Positions 16,001 to 21,636 of a stretch of DNA of 32,000 nucleotides are shown here, piece after piece; the first letter of the stretch is position 1, and each line of letters opens with the position of its first letter. The position numbers and the translations under genes were made by a program. The notes under the pieces are model-generated. The model was not told where the DNA came from and ran no database searches. It was given only the letters and a program-made list of their open reading frames with translations. This DNA is from Patescibacteria group bacterium (GTDB lineage: Bacteria > Patescibacteriota > UBA1384 > XYA2-FULL-43-10): contig JBAYVT010000006.1 of NCBI GenBank assembly GCA_041674405.1, positions 1 through 32,000 of the forward strand, written 5' to 3'.

Positions 16001-18287
16001 ATCGACTTGGGGTTCATATACCGATACCGGCCTTACAAACGGCCAGGATTACTATTATCGCCTAAGCTATGCCTACGAAAAACAAGATAGCACCTACCTC
16101 GAGAGTGGATTTTCTAATATTGTTACCGTTCAGCCGGCGGATATCGCGCCGAGAAATATTACAGCAGAACAGCTGGATGTAAGCGACCCGACCAATCCTG
16201 GAAAAATTAAAATCAATTATGATTTAAGGTGGGCTTCGACCATTTCGATTGCATATTTCGATCCTGACTTAAATTCGTGGCACAACGCATCATCTTCGGC
16301 GCAGTCTGGCGATGTCGGGGCGGGGATAACCGGGGATGAGAATCTGATCAGCCATATTGCCTATCTGGATCCGAACGTCGATTTTGATGGCAAATATCTC
16401 GAAGATTCATTTAAGATCAGGGTCAAAGCGCAGGTTAACGGGAATAACGCTTATTCTGATTCAGCGACGATGGATTTGGATTCAAAGAATCCGGTCTCGA
16501 CTTTGGTAGTCGACGCAACGGCGGGGAGTACTGCCAATTTGGCTATTACCGGCACAGACGATACGGGACCGCTCAAAATGATGGTTTCGACGCATGCGGA
16601 TTACAATGGGGCAAGCTGGGAATCGTTTGCAACTTCAAAATCTAATCTGGATATCACAGGTGCCACTAATGTGTATCTTAAAGTCCGCGACAACTTCAAC
16701 AACATTACCGAAGTTATCACCCCATTAACCTCTGCGCCAACCAATATTCAAATCAAGGATGCGTCCGATATTACATCGGGTGATTATCGCTTGGCGATTA
16801 TTTGGCATTCGGTTCCCGGCGCTGCCCATTACAATATTCTACGCACGACCGACGGCTCAACATATAACAAGATTTCTGAAGCAACTGAAAACGGATATCT
16901 GAATATGAACTTAAGCCAGGGAACGACTTATGGGTATAAGGTTACAGCTCAGGATTCTTCCGGCAATATTTCCTTGCCGGCCGGGCCGGTTTCATCCGAG
17001 CCTGGAAGTGCGCCGGATGTGACATCGCCGCCACAAGTAGAAATTTTCGGCTGGAAGCAGGATGTTGGAGTTCGCGTAAGAGTCACCTGGCATACCGATC
17101 AAAGCTCTGATTCATTTGTAGCGTATTCAACCGATCCATTGTCTTCCGGCACAGCTTTAACCACCACCAATGGCACAACCGATTCAGTAAAAGTTGTCGG
17201 TTCTCCTGATCTTAAAACAGATCATGAGATAATGCTCTACAACCTCAATCCTTCAACAAAATATTACTTCAAGGTGCTTTCCAAAAACCAAATTCAGATT
17301 ACGGGAGCATCGGATGTCTACGATTTCACAACTCCAGAGCGCATTCTTCTCACAATTTCAGGCCTTAAGATATTGGATATTACAAATACCCAAGCCTTGG
17401 TATCCTGGACAACCTCCAAGCTGTCCACGACAAAATTGGAGTATGGAAAGAGCGTAAACTATGAAAGTAATATTCTCGATGAGACAATGAACACAGATCA
17501 CAAGTTCCAGCTGACCAATTTAACTGCCGGTGAGTATCATTTACGTGTAAATGCGACTGATTCGGATGGGAATGTAACAATTTCTGATGATTACACCTTC
17601 ACAATTCCGGAAACCCCGGTAATTTCGGGTCTTTCAATTTCAGAGGTTGGCGACAACGGCGCTACAATATCTTGGACTACCAATGTCCCCTGCGATTCGA
17701 ACGTTGATTTTGTTGCCAGCGATAAGGTGGGAGGATCGCAAGGCGATGGCACCAGGCTAACCACACACAAGGTAAAATTGATCGGGTTGGATTCAAAGAC
17801 AACTTATTCAATCAAAGCAAGATCGACCGACCAATATGGTAATGTGGCACTATCCGGCGAACAATCATTCACGACAACTGCAGACACACAAGCACCACAA
17901 ATTTTGAACCAAAAATCGGAAGTTTCTTCGACTGGGGCAGGAGATTCTATTAAATATCAATTGATAGTCTCCTGGGAAACCGATGAACCCGCTACTTCCA
18001 AGATAGAGTATGCCGCAGGTATGGGTGAAAATTATGATTCTGCCTCGCGCGAGGATCTATCACTTAATATGACGCACGTAGTCATAATCTCTGATCTTAA
18101 GCCAAATTCGCTGTATCATTTCCGTATCAAGAGCATGGATAAAGCCGGAAATACTGCATATTCCGATGACTACACCATTACTACGCCACCAAAAGAAAAA
18201 AATATCCTGACAATTATTATCAATGCCGTAATTGGGCCGATTAATGATATTTATTCAGGGCTGATGCAAAAATTTAGATTGAGGTAA
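7074..18287 (+). CDS. Giant mosaic surface protein, 3737 aa (N-terminal charged cytoplasmic segment + signal anchor; BNR/Asp-box propeller-like region; LamG/ConA-like lectin domain; Gly-rich beta-helix modules; Big-like domains; multiple Fn3-like domains)
   Basis: A single uninterrupted ORF with GAGGGG upstream of the ATG. Motifs read from the translation:
- K/R/E-rich first ~140 aa, then a TM helix AAGIYIFAFLFVVSFFAQIP (nt ~7503-7562)
- Asp-boxes SSDHGNTWG (8457-8480) and TDGSTWD (~8790)
- LamG-like block LSFSGSSQYVNIG...WQHFVVTE...IYKNGSVVGG...GQIDEPQIYNRALTSDEVTALYNGG (~9390-9895)
- VWSAAADGNWETDANWTPSG cap (~10140)
- repeated Gly-rich modules (10386-13705)
- three V(T)V.D.FGNVK.(D/N) Ig-like units (~14491-15610)
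- Fn3-like units with ISW.T...S.V.Y signatures (~15830-18195)
- a hydrophobic C-terminal tail NILTIIINAVIGPINDIYSGLMQKFRLR. Confidence 0.9.
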   Translation: MGDFLRKFSALTKLRRQRKERSFDMEKLSYDQAREKFSKIFEGKITEIKSEAEAIPQKYSEIKSDAHAKHGRELRRIERQKARELKKLSNEERYVRSRIKYIEAGGTKTTFSVFKSLDSNLKHRFSWYEKWSLNPLSAKVNLSAAGIYIFAFLFVVSFFAQIPKVSDASGTYAWKSTKVAQIDAKSSQDVPNLDNSSEPQKSISVDNVTVNFSDQNKTASTEIAATIGGNNETNAVKFTLLQSSGEKSESVSKNRSIWQKIAGIFQAEAEDSNEANPGTGEIKEATGIEVISSDEKNSVTYKVNDNLDLAYEVTKDAGSAKIKETAIIKDAIALSNDKLLFDVNLSGLSAVAHDDGSYDLVSGDGELVMQIAAPTIFDAEQNSGMVNLAIDETDGSATYSIDPEFVKTAKYPLYLDPTVTITTSTTTNPNSYSKDHTLFEATNGSMVNIYSDGSSLYYTISSDHGNTWGAGTKILDTATADDTGFSGWMTADNKIHLVYSNNGTNSYIFYRALTFDTGTNAITSTGTEYTVESAGTSQAFPSVTVSTAATIYVAYRYYDGANYTIKVKPSTATDGSTWDTAATISSGTNASAATYPELTLWGDNPAVVYNFANGSFRWNYYNGSAWQAAGWTNENISNEVDADTGLEFSLSQATSDHFLHLAWRGSSTNGILYRKLASASDTSKWDSASQAVTSSHDDRYPNLGLGLNDALYLYYSEYVGANSYNVKYVEKVGNTAFGSTKVSVTTDNANNLIPKAAMKGTSVQIAAYPASAYDLSFSGSSQYVNIGSGYDNFTSGLTFSIWAYPTNTNGWGRYFDLANGSANNNIMFARNGTTTNLTYDIYNGATSGGSVTANGVIELNKWQHFVVTETASGVVTIYKNGSVVGGSASFILPNNITRTSNYIAKSNWPDPYYAGQIDEPQIYNRALTSDEVTALYNGGSISQLYFSSGLVAGWHLEENSGTSIADYSGNGYTGALQGPPTWVSQGSGGVYTVPAISISSYSPVVFVSGTGPSYDINYAPTVKVWSAAADGNWETDANWTPSGAPAAGDIVLFDGTSTKNCTVTTYTGSAGGMGIADGIGSVSLNPGYTGTITFQKKPSQNADPYKINIAGDFAINAGTVLSQGDTSVAHGGVTDGRGNEYGSLNLIIGSSGTLSADSLGFPAFSGPGYGGTGTYGGQGYYSSANTYGDFSNPVSLGSGSANGISGGVSGGGAMLISVTDTADISGTMSANGQTSGAYAGAGGSGGSVNVSAKTISNSSGGGVISTEGGDATYTSAGGSPGGGGRISLQATTISYNGTLTAAGGVWNASRYASAGTIFKKAGGQSYGDLIIDNGTNAPDWRIFGAAHLKGINDTGSYQFDNLIIQNYGKLAIDTGQTFDLTGGVTGGDKNAGVINAGTITTPSTWTLNYFFADKNGTITNLANKDIIVSSTGRLTHYANANLETYKLNWQINNFTVQSGGEVITSGVGYAAGQGTGYTSGAGSSYGGDGYAASTTKAYGDYSNPINLGSGGSYAGGGGAIILNVTNTLDISGTGIILADGLSHGSMNNSAGSGGSVNLTASSITNSGGGGSITANGGNCTFSGGGFQPGGGGGRIKLEATTISYNGTITAVGGYNGNMYASGGTIYKKAGGQSYGDLIINNGTNTPLVRNQLSAHLKTSTDNGTYQFDSITFSGYGRLVVDANQTLKLDSGTISGNKTSGIVNAGTINVPDSWSLNHYYSDKGGTITNSSSKSLTITSTGLMTHYPNTTDETYKLNLNLSGLTVQSTGEINVGEMGNQTGYGSGYAAGVGASHGGVGGSSTAAKTYGDYTNPINIGSGGSGNGGGGNGGGAAIINVTNSLDISGTISASGGTYPGACYDYGSSGGSINLTAGQITGSGYLYALGGTVNFGCAARDGGGGGRIKAEATSIAGTLHYSAAGAPGAGTRGGSAGTIYKKITGESTGDLIIDNSTTSATAYTPLTMPVSLKVLTLQSNGRLEANPNADSGQNAFSISGDLTIASGTTMSVKGDADGTPAAGSWPALTVGGSASIAGTLTATGNGFIHDTGPESGKGLVAGGNGSGGGYGGAGGNSAGGAVGGQTYGDQRNNNYLGSGGGNTNGGSGGGMVKLSVAGNLALSTTGIISSDGNAGGANGGGGSGGSVQIVTGGTLSGSGSAKITTNGGAGGSAGGGGGGGRVTIYTASDSYTGALTANGGTKGTGAQDGSAGTILNQHSPTAPTITSPTDAATGQVQRIAFHFNSTDIDTDWIQYKLQLATDSGITQNVSTFDETVSQSPSDGGRSAAFSNQNMTTGKAAGTDGYESGRDAILTLTSDLTQGATYYYRVYAYDPEGVDSFDGTQHWSIASSVQSFTVAAIDRIAFSTAQQEIVVTFCSAEMTINLRNSANTNMNLTADDGSKTIHLASTSSGGKFYSDGNCQSELSGANVTIAPGNSASTFYYKDTVPSAVGGYWNITAAESPSAGWTDGSQNIRIKAGDFGSFEITGAPATIVAGQAFSSPANDITVTVKDVFGNVKNDWIGEIWFYSSDSQATFPYNDSSKYTFTSGEGLDNGTHTFAGTGFTYKTKGNQSLVVHNSEGSEHDAVTNVAVTPAATDHFGLASYPKTTQGYFAMASFAWNTPGYSNAPYTPAVTVYDQFNNVKDNFTGSVWFELYKSSDTPGNPGDSTASYSFDNDYTNPYTFTSGTGNDNGAHAFAGSGFIVNSAGSDLRFRVKTTDNGNKYSDFTISVKPQAIDHFGITASPTLSRGGTDWEKAVDSTFTEDVTVTAYDAFGNVKTDYGYDENTKAGMIYFYSSDTYAVLPYYKTVSTDSTHCYNFPADNTGTYTFTPENTPTNYFMFRTGGYQTISASECIDPTSDYATNVNTNRYDPRLEGTNPLKLAASIGSLPAANATPNKVFVSQHVPGSNHTATAHTNDANDLISAAPGHQQATISWYNPFDVPSDSNVHPQVYVYRCTLTDCNDPENFQKIITNPSEVAATPSTWGSYTDTGLTNGQDYYYRLSYAYEKQDSTYLESGFSNIVTVQPADIAPRNITAEQLDVSDPTNPGKIKINYDLRWASTISIAYFDPDLNSWHNASSSAQSGDVGAGITGDENLISHIAYLDPNVDFDGKYLEDSFKIRVKAQVNGNNAYSDSATMDLDSKNPVSTLVVDATAGSTANLAITGTDDTGPLKMMVSTHADYNGASWESFATSKSNLDITGATNVYLKVRDNFNNITEVITPLTSAPTNIQIKDASDITSGDYRLAIIWHSVPGAAHYNILRTTDGSTYNKISEATENGYLNMNLSQGTTYGYKVTAQDSSGNISLPAGPVSSEPGSAPDVTSPPQVEIFGWKQDVGVRVRVTWHTDQSSDSFVAYSTDPLSSGTALTTTNGTTDSVKVVGSPDLKTDHEIMLYNLNPSTKYYFKVLSKNQIQITGASDVYDFTTPERILLTISGLKILDITNTQALVSWTTSKLSTTKLEYGKSVNYESNILDETMNTDHKFQLTNLTAGEYHLRVNATDSDGNVTISDDYTFTIPETPVISGLSISEVGDNGATISWTTNVPCDSNVDFVASDKVGGSQGDGTRLTTHKVKLIGLDSKTTYSIKARSTDQYGNVALSGEQSFTTTADTQAPQILNQKSEVSSTGAGDSIKYQLIVSWETDEPATSKIEYAAGMGENYDSASREDLSLNMTHVVIISDLKPNSLYHFRIKSMDKAGNTAYSDDYTITTPPKEKNILTIIINAVIGPINDIYSGLMQKFRLR
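10386..13705 (+). repeat. Intragenic tandem modules (about 3.5 copies, 308-340 aa each) of a glycine-rich beta-helix-like unit within the giant gene
   Basis: Modules start at the in-frame YK(I/L)N anchors at nt 10386, 11406 and 12330. Each carries YGD(F/Y)(S/T)NP(V/I)(S/N)(L/I)GSGG, a GGGG(G)RI(S/K)(L/A)(Q/E)AT(T/S)I core (nt ~10917, ~11841, ~12763) and SAGTI(F/Y)KK...GDLII(D/N)N. A shortened fourth unit has GGGGGGRVTIY at ~13582. Copies differ at many nucleotide positions. Confidence 0.8.
14491..15610 (+). repeat. Three tandem Big/Ig-like units (about 130 aa period) within the giant gene
   Basis: Recurring blocks are ITVTVKDVFGNVKNDW...YTFTSGEGLDNGTHTFAGTGF, AVTVYDQFNNVKDNF...YTFTSGTGNDNGAHAFAGSGF and VTVTAYDAFGNVKTDY...YTFTPENTP. 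Each is preceded by DHFG(L/I) linkers. Confidence 0.65.
17010..18195 (+). repeat. Four tandem Fn3-like (purple-acid-phosphatase-N-like) domains at the C-terminus of the giant protein
   Basis: Four units of about 95-100 aa each carry a (V/I)(T/S)W.T....(S/T)...V.(Y/F) signature: VRVTWHTDQSSDSFVAYS, ALVSWTTSKLSTTKLEYG, ATISWTTNVPCDSNVDFV, LIVSWETDEPATSKIEYA. Each ends in ...Y.F(T/R)(V/I)...D..GN. Confidence 0.65.
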
Positions 18288-18289
18288 AA

Positions 18290-19045
18290 ATGTCGAAAAC
18301 AAAGGTAATTGAAGTGGAAAATATCACGAAATCATATGGTGTTGCTGATAATGTTTTTTCTGTTTTAAACGGGATTAGCTGTAGCATAGACTCGGGCGAA
18401 TTCGTGATATTTTTTGGTCCCTCTGGTTGTGGCAAATCGACGCTTCTCAACGTGATTTGCGGGCTTGAGACGGTTGACTCGGGAAAAGTTAGTATTCGCG
18501 GAGAAGATATTTCAAAATTTTCGCAAAAGGAAATCGCTTTTTACCGACGAACAAAGATTGGAATTATTTTCCAGCAGTTCAACCTTTTAAAAAATCTTTC
18601 AAACAAAGGTAATGTGGCGCTTCCGCTGGTGGCGAACGGAGAACCCCTAAAGCGCGCAGAACATCGTGCCGAGCAACTTCTTACAATGTTCGGGCTACAG
18701 AAACACATAAACAAACAACCAACAGAGCTTTCTGGCGGACAGCAACAGAGAGTGGCGATGGCGAGGGCACTTGCACCGAATCCCTGGATATTGGTTGCTG
18801 ATGAGCCGACAGGAAATCTGGATTCAAAATCGGCCGATGAGGTCATCGAAATTTTTAATATACTAAACCGGAAGTCAAAGAGAACGGTAATTATGGTTAC
18901 GCACAATCCGGATTATCTAAAATATGCTGATCGTGTCCTTCATCTTAAAGATGGTAAAATTGTTAAAGAAGAAAAAAATAAAAATACAGCAGCGGTTAAA
19001 AATATTGAAGGGTTTGATCTTAAAGAGCATGCGTTTTCCAACTAA
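18290..19045 (+). CDS. ABC transporter ATP-binding protein (MacB/LolD-like), 251 aa
   Basis: Walker A GPSGCGKST, Q-loop IGIIFQQFNL, signature LSGGQQQRVAMARAL, Walker B ILVADEPTGNLD and H-loop MVTHNP are all present. The ATG lies 2 nt after the giant gene stop (gaggTAAaaATG), suggesting co-translation in one operon. Confidence 0.92.
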   Translation: MSKTKVIEVENITKSYGVADNVFSVLNGISCSIDSGEFVIFFGPSGCGKSTLLNVICGLETVDSGKVSIRGEDISKFSQKEIAFYRRTKIGIIFQQFNLLKNLSNKGNVALPLVANGEPLKRAEHRAEQLLTMFGLQKHINKQPTELSGGQQQRVAMARALAPNPWILVADEPTGNLDSKSADEVIEIFNILNRKSKRTVIMVTHNPDYLKYADRVLHLKDGKIVKEEKNKNTAAVKNIEGFDLKEHAFSN

Positions 19046-19054
19046 GGGTTTGAT

Positions 19055-20236
19055 ATGAAATTTTTTCAAATTATCAGAACAACTTGGCTAAATATTCTGG
19101 GGAAAAGAATGAGGTCTTTGCTTACTGTTATCGGCATCGCCGTTGGTATCGGGACAATTGTTTTCTTGGTTTCTTTGGGATATGGCCTTCAAGAATTTTC
19201 GGTGAAAAGAATCAGCTCGATTCAATCGCTTACTACCCTTGATGTGACACAGGGGAAAACGGCTAATTTTAAGCTTGACGAACCGACAATTGATAAGATA
19301 TCAAAACTAAGCAATGTATCAGAAATTAGCCCGATTATCTCATTGGGCAGCAAGGTTGCGCTTGCTGACAAAAAAACCGATGCGGTAGCTACGGCTGTGC
19401 AAGGTGACTATTTTGTGTATGAAGACCTTAAGCTCACAAAAGGCTCTACTTTCATGGATGATGATAAAAAAGCAGTGTTGTCAACGGCCCTTTTGCAGGC
19501 GCTTGGTACGGACGAAAATTCAATAATCGGCAAAACAATCGCGTTTAATATTTCCTATAAACAAAAAGAGCAGTCTCAAAGCAAAGATTTAAGCCTTATT
19601 GTGTCTGGCGTTGTCTCCGATAACACTTCTCCCTTTGCCTACATCCCATTGTCTCAAGTTCAGGATCTGCTGGGAGAGCGCGCCATCTACTCGTCCTTAA
19701 AGGTAAAAACCGCTTCTGAAGATACTATGGGCGGCGTTCGCAAGGAAATCGAAGACATGGGGCTTTCTGTTACTTCGGTTGCTGACACAATTGCCCAAGT
19801 AAACAGCGTTTTTGGCGGGATTAGGATCGCCCTTGGCTTATTGGGTGGGATTGCCCTGGTCGTTGCGGCAATCGGAATGTTCAATACAATGACGATCGCC
19901 CTTTTGGAGAGAACTCGTGACATTGGGATAATGAAATCGGTCGGCGTTGATAACCGCGATATTTACTGGATGTTTTTGGCTGAAGCAATTATCATCTCTG
20001 GTGCAGGAGGAATTGCCGGCGCAGCATTTGGGCAGCTTCTGGCTGTGCTGATCAATGTTCTTGTTGGTAGCTTGGCTAGGATGGTTGGTGCGGAGCCAAT
20101 CGTGTTGTTTTCAACCCCGTTTACATTTGTTGCCATCATTGTCGGTTTTTCGCTGGTAGTTGGGATCTCGACCGGATTTTATCCTTCAAGAAGGGCAGCT
20201 AAAATCAATCCATTGGATGCGCTGCGTTATGAATAG
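19055..20236 (+). CDS. FtsX/MacB-family ABC permease, 393 aa
   Basis: The N-terminal TM helix (LLTVIGIAVGIGTIVFLVSLGYG) is followed by a ~220-aa extracytoplasmic domain and the FtsX block MTIALLERTRDIGIMKSVGV...FYPSRRAAKINPLDALRYE. It parallels the permease half of the fused gene at 1..1544. The start lies 9 nt after the ATPase stop. Confidence 0.9.
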   Translation: MKFFQIIRTTWLNILGKRMRSLLTVIGIAVGIGTIVFLVSLGYGLQEFSVKRISSIQSLTTLDVTQGKTANFKLDEPTIDKISKLSNVSEISPIISLGSKVALADKKTDAVATAVQGDYFVYEDLKLTKGSTFMDDDKKAVLSTALLQALGTDENSIIGKTIAFNISYKQKEQSQSKDLSLIVSGVVSDNTSPFAYIPLSQVQDLLGERAIYSSLKVKTASEDTMGGVRKEIEDMGLSVTSVADTIAQVNSVFGGIRIALGLLGGIALVVAAIGMFNTMTIALLERTRDIGIMKSVGVDNRDIYWMFLAEAIIISGAGGIAGAAFGQLLAVLINVLVGSLARMVGAEPIVLFSTPFTFVAIIVGFSLVVGISTGFYPSRRAAKINPLDALRYE

Positions 20237-20242
20237 CGTAGC

Positions 20243-20270
20243 TAGTCGAAAGTCCACAAAGTTTTAAAGA
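20243..20270 (+). repeat. Copy A of the dispersed TAGTC + AAAGTC-unit repeat
   Basis: TAGTCGAAAGTCCACAAAGTTTTAAAGAG lies immediately 3' of the permease stop. It has the same head motif and unit structure as the copies at 22954, 23331 (inverted) and 29187. Confidence 0.6.
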
Positions 20271-20354
20271 GTTGATTCAGTAGTTGATACAATAGTTTAT
20301 TCGGTAGTTAAAACAATTGTATTAACAATTGAATTAACGAAAAGCAGAGGAGTT

Positions 20355-21398
20355 ATGGATCATCACCATCTAATGTATGACGAGATTTATGAAGAGCCGG
20401 AACTCATCCGCCGTCTTGTTCTTGATAGGCACAATGAAAAACTCAGAAAAGCAGCGCTATTAATAAGACAGGCAGTCTCAGAAGGCGGAGATATCTTTTT
20501 GGTGGGATCTGGCAGTTCATATCATTCGTGCATTTTTGCCAAAAATTTGTTTTCGCTTAAAAATCATATATTAGTACAAGCAATGCCGGGCAGTGAATTT
20601 TTAAATTACATTTCCTCTGTAGATAATAAATCGCTAGTTATTTTTATCTCGCAAAGTGGAGAGTCTGCTGATGAAATTGATGCCTTTTCCCATATTAAAC
20701 AGCATGATCCTCAAACTATTGCGATTACAAATGACCCAGATTCAACTCTTGCTCATCTTTGCAAGGATGTTTTGCTGCTTTTCGCCGGACCAGAAAGGGC
20801 AATTCCGGCCACAAAAACATATACGGCAGAAATGTTGCAGTTTTTCCTTTTGTCCGAAGAGCTTTCCGGAGATTATTTATTTGAGATGAAAAAAGAAGAA
20901 GTACTTGCCGAAATGAACAAAATATTATCAGATGGATACCAAAGCAATATTCGTTCTGTGGCGAAGAAAATTGCAAAAGCAAAAAATATTTTTTGCCTAG
21001 GATTTGGCATTGATCTTGCCAGTGCGGCTGAAACCGCACTTAAAATTAAAGAGTGCGCAAATATCGAAACAGAGGCATTCCCGTTGCATGAGTTTATGCA
21101 CGGGCCGATCGGAATGGTTTCTTCCGATTCGGCGGTCATCATCTTTGAACCAGAATCGGATGGCAATCGGGAAATCCTCGCGAAAATAATCAAGATTTCA
21201 AAGGATGCCGGAGCATCTAGTATTCTTATCGGTGGAGCTGAAAATCACGGCGCGGAAATACATCTGCCAGTAGCAGAATTTCAAACACTCTCAGTTTTCC
21301 CAGAAATCATTCCTGTACAGCTAATTGCGTACTATTTAGCAATCTTTCAATCATTGAATCCGGATAGCCCAAAGGGGCTTGCAAAAATTGTGGAATAA
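20355..21398 (+). CDS. Double-SIS-domain sugar-phosphate isomerase/deaminase, GlmS isomerase-domain-like and lacking a glutaminase domain (possibly a GlmD/NagB-II-type glucosamine-6-P deaminase)
   Basis: Motifs are VGSGSSYHS, ISQSGESADEI, GPERAIPATKTYTAEMLQF and a C-terminal PKGLAKIVE that resembles the GlmS C-terminal tail. At 347 aa it has no N-terminal Cys/glutaminase domain. AGAGGAG SD precedes the ATG. Confidence 0.75.
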   Translation: MDHHHLMYDEIYEEPELIRRLVLDRHNEKLRKAALLIRQAVSEGGDIFLVGSGSSYHSCIFAKNLFSLKNHILVQAMPGSEFLNYISSVDNKSLVIFISQSGESADEIDAFSHIKQHDPQTIAITNDPDSTLAHLCKDVLLLFAGPERAIPATKTYTAEMLQFFLLSEELSGDYLFEMKKEEVLAEMNKILSDGYQSNIRSVAKKIAKAKNIFCLGFGIDLASAAETALKIKECANIETEAFPLHEFMHGPIGMVSSDSAVIIFEPESDGNREILAKIIKISKDAGASSILIGGAENHGAEIHLPVAEFQTLSVFPEIIPVQLIAYYLAIFQSLNPDSPKGLAKIVE

Positions 21399-21433
21399 AT
21401 CACAAAGAAATTTTGGATATTTTGGACTAAAAT

Positions 21434-21512
21434 AACGGCGGAAGGCTGGGTGTGGTGGCGAGCTAGCGGGGCAAGCTAATGGTGCCCTGGATACCCAGCC
21501 TTCCGTGCCGTT
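21434..21512 (+). other. Long GC-rich imperfect hairpin (18-bp stem with a 2-nt bulge, ~41-nt internal region)
   Basis: AACGGCGGAAGGCTGGGT (21434-21451) pairs with ACCCAGCCTTCC-GT-GCCGTT (21493-21512). The element is visibly GC-rich relative to its flanks and lies in the 3' region of the SIS gene, directly before a terminator-like hairpin. Confidence 0.5.
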
Positions 21513-21547
21513 GCGCGACTTTGTGTGTGAGCCGCGCGTTTTTGTTT
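21513..21547 (+). terminator. Putative rho-independent terminator
   Basis: GCGCGAC (21513-21519) / GCCGCGC (21531-21537) forms a stem with one mismatch around an 11-nt loop, followed by G + TTTTTGTTT. The stem is moderate in strength. Confidence 0.45.
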
Positions 21548-21636
21548 ACAAACGCCTCATCGGGTATTATAAACATGCATAATAATTTTCATGCTTTTTC
21601 AAATTTGTAATTTGTGGATTTGGAGCTTAGCAATCG

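Noticed and set aside
18541-18906. 121-aa minus-strand ORF antisense to the ABC ATPase gene, and similar antisense ORFs in the permease, SIS, kinase and swivel genes
   Set aside because: They are embedded opposite well-supported CDSs and have no motifs or translation signals.
21479-21616. 45-codon Cys-containing ORF (MVPWIPSLPCRCATLCVS...) just upstream of the radical-SAM gene, considered as a possible RiPP precursor
   Set aside because: It starts inside the loop of the GC-rich hairpin and runs straight through the terminator-like hairpin and the candidate promoter. Its SD is poor, and the downstream radical-SAM enzyme looks like HydE rather than a peptide-modifying SPASM/RRE enzyme.
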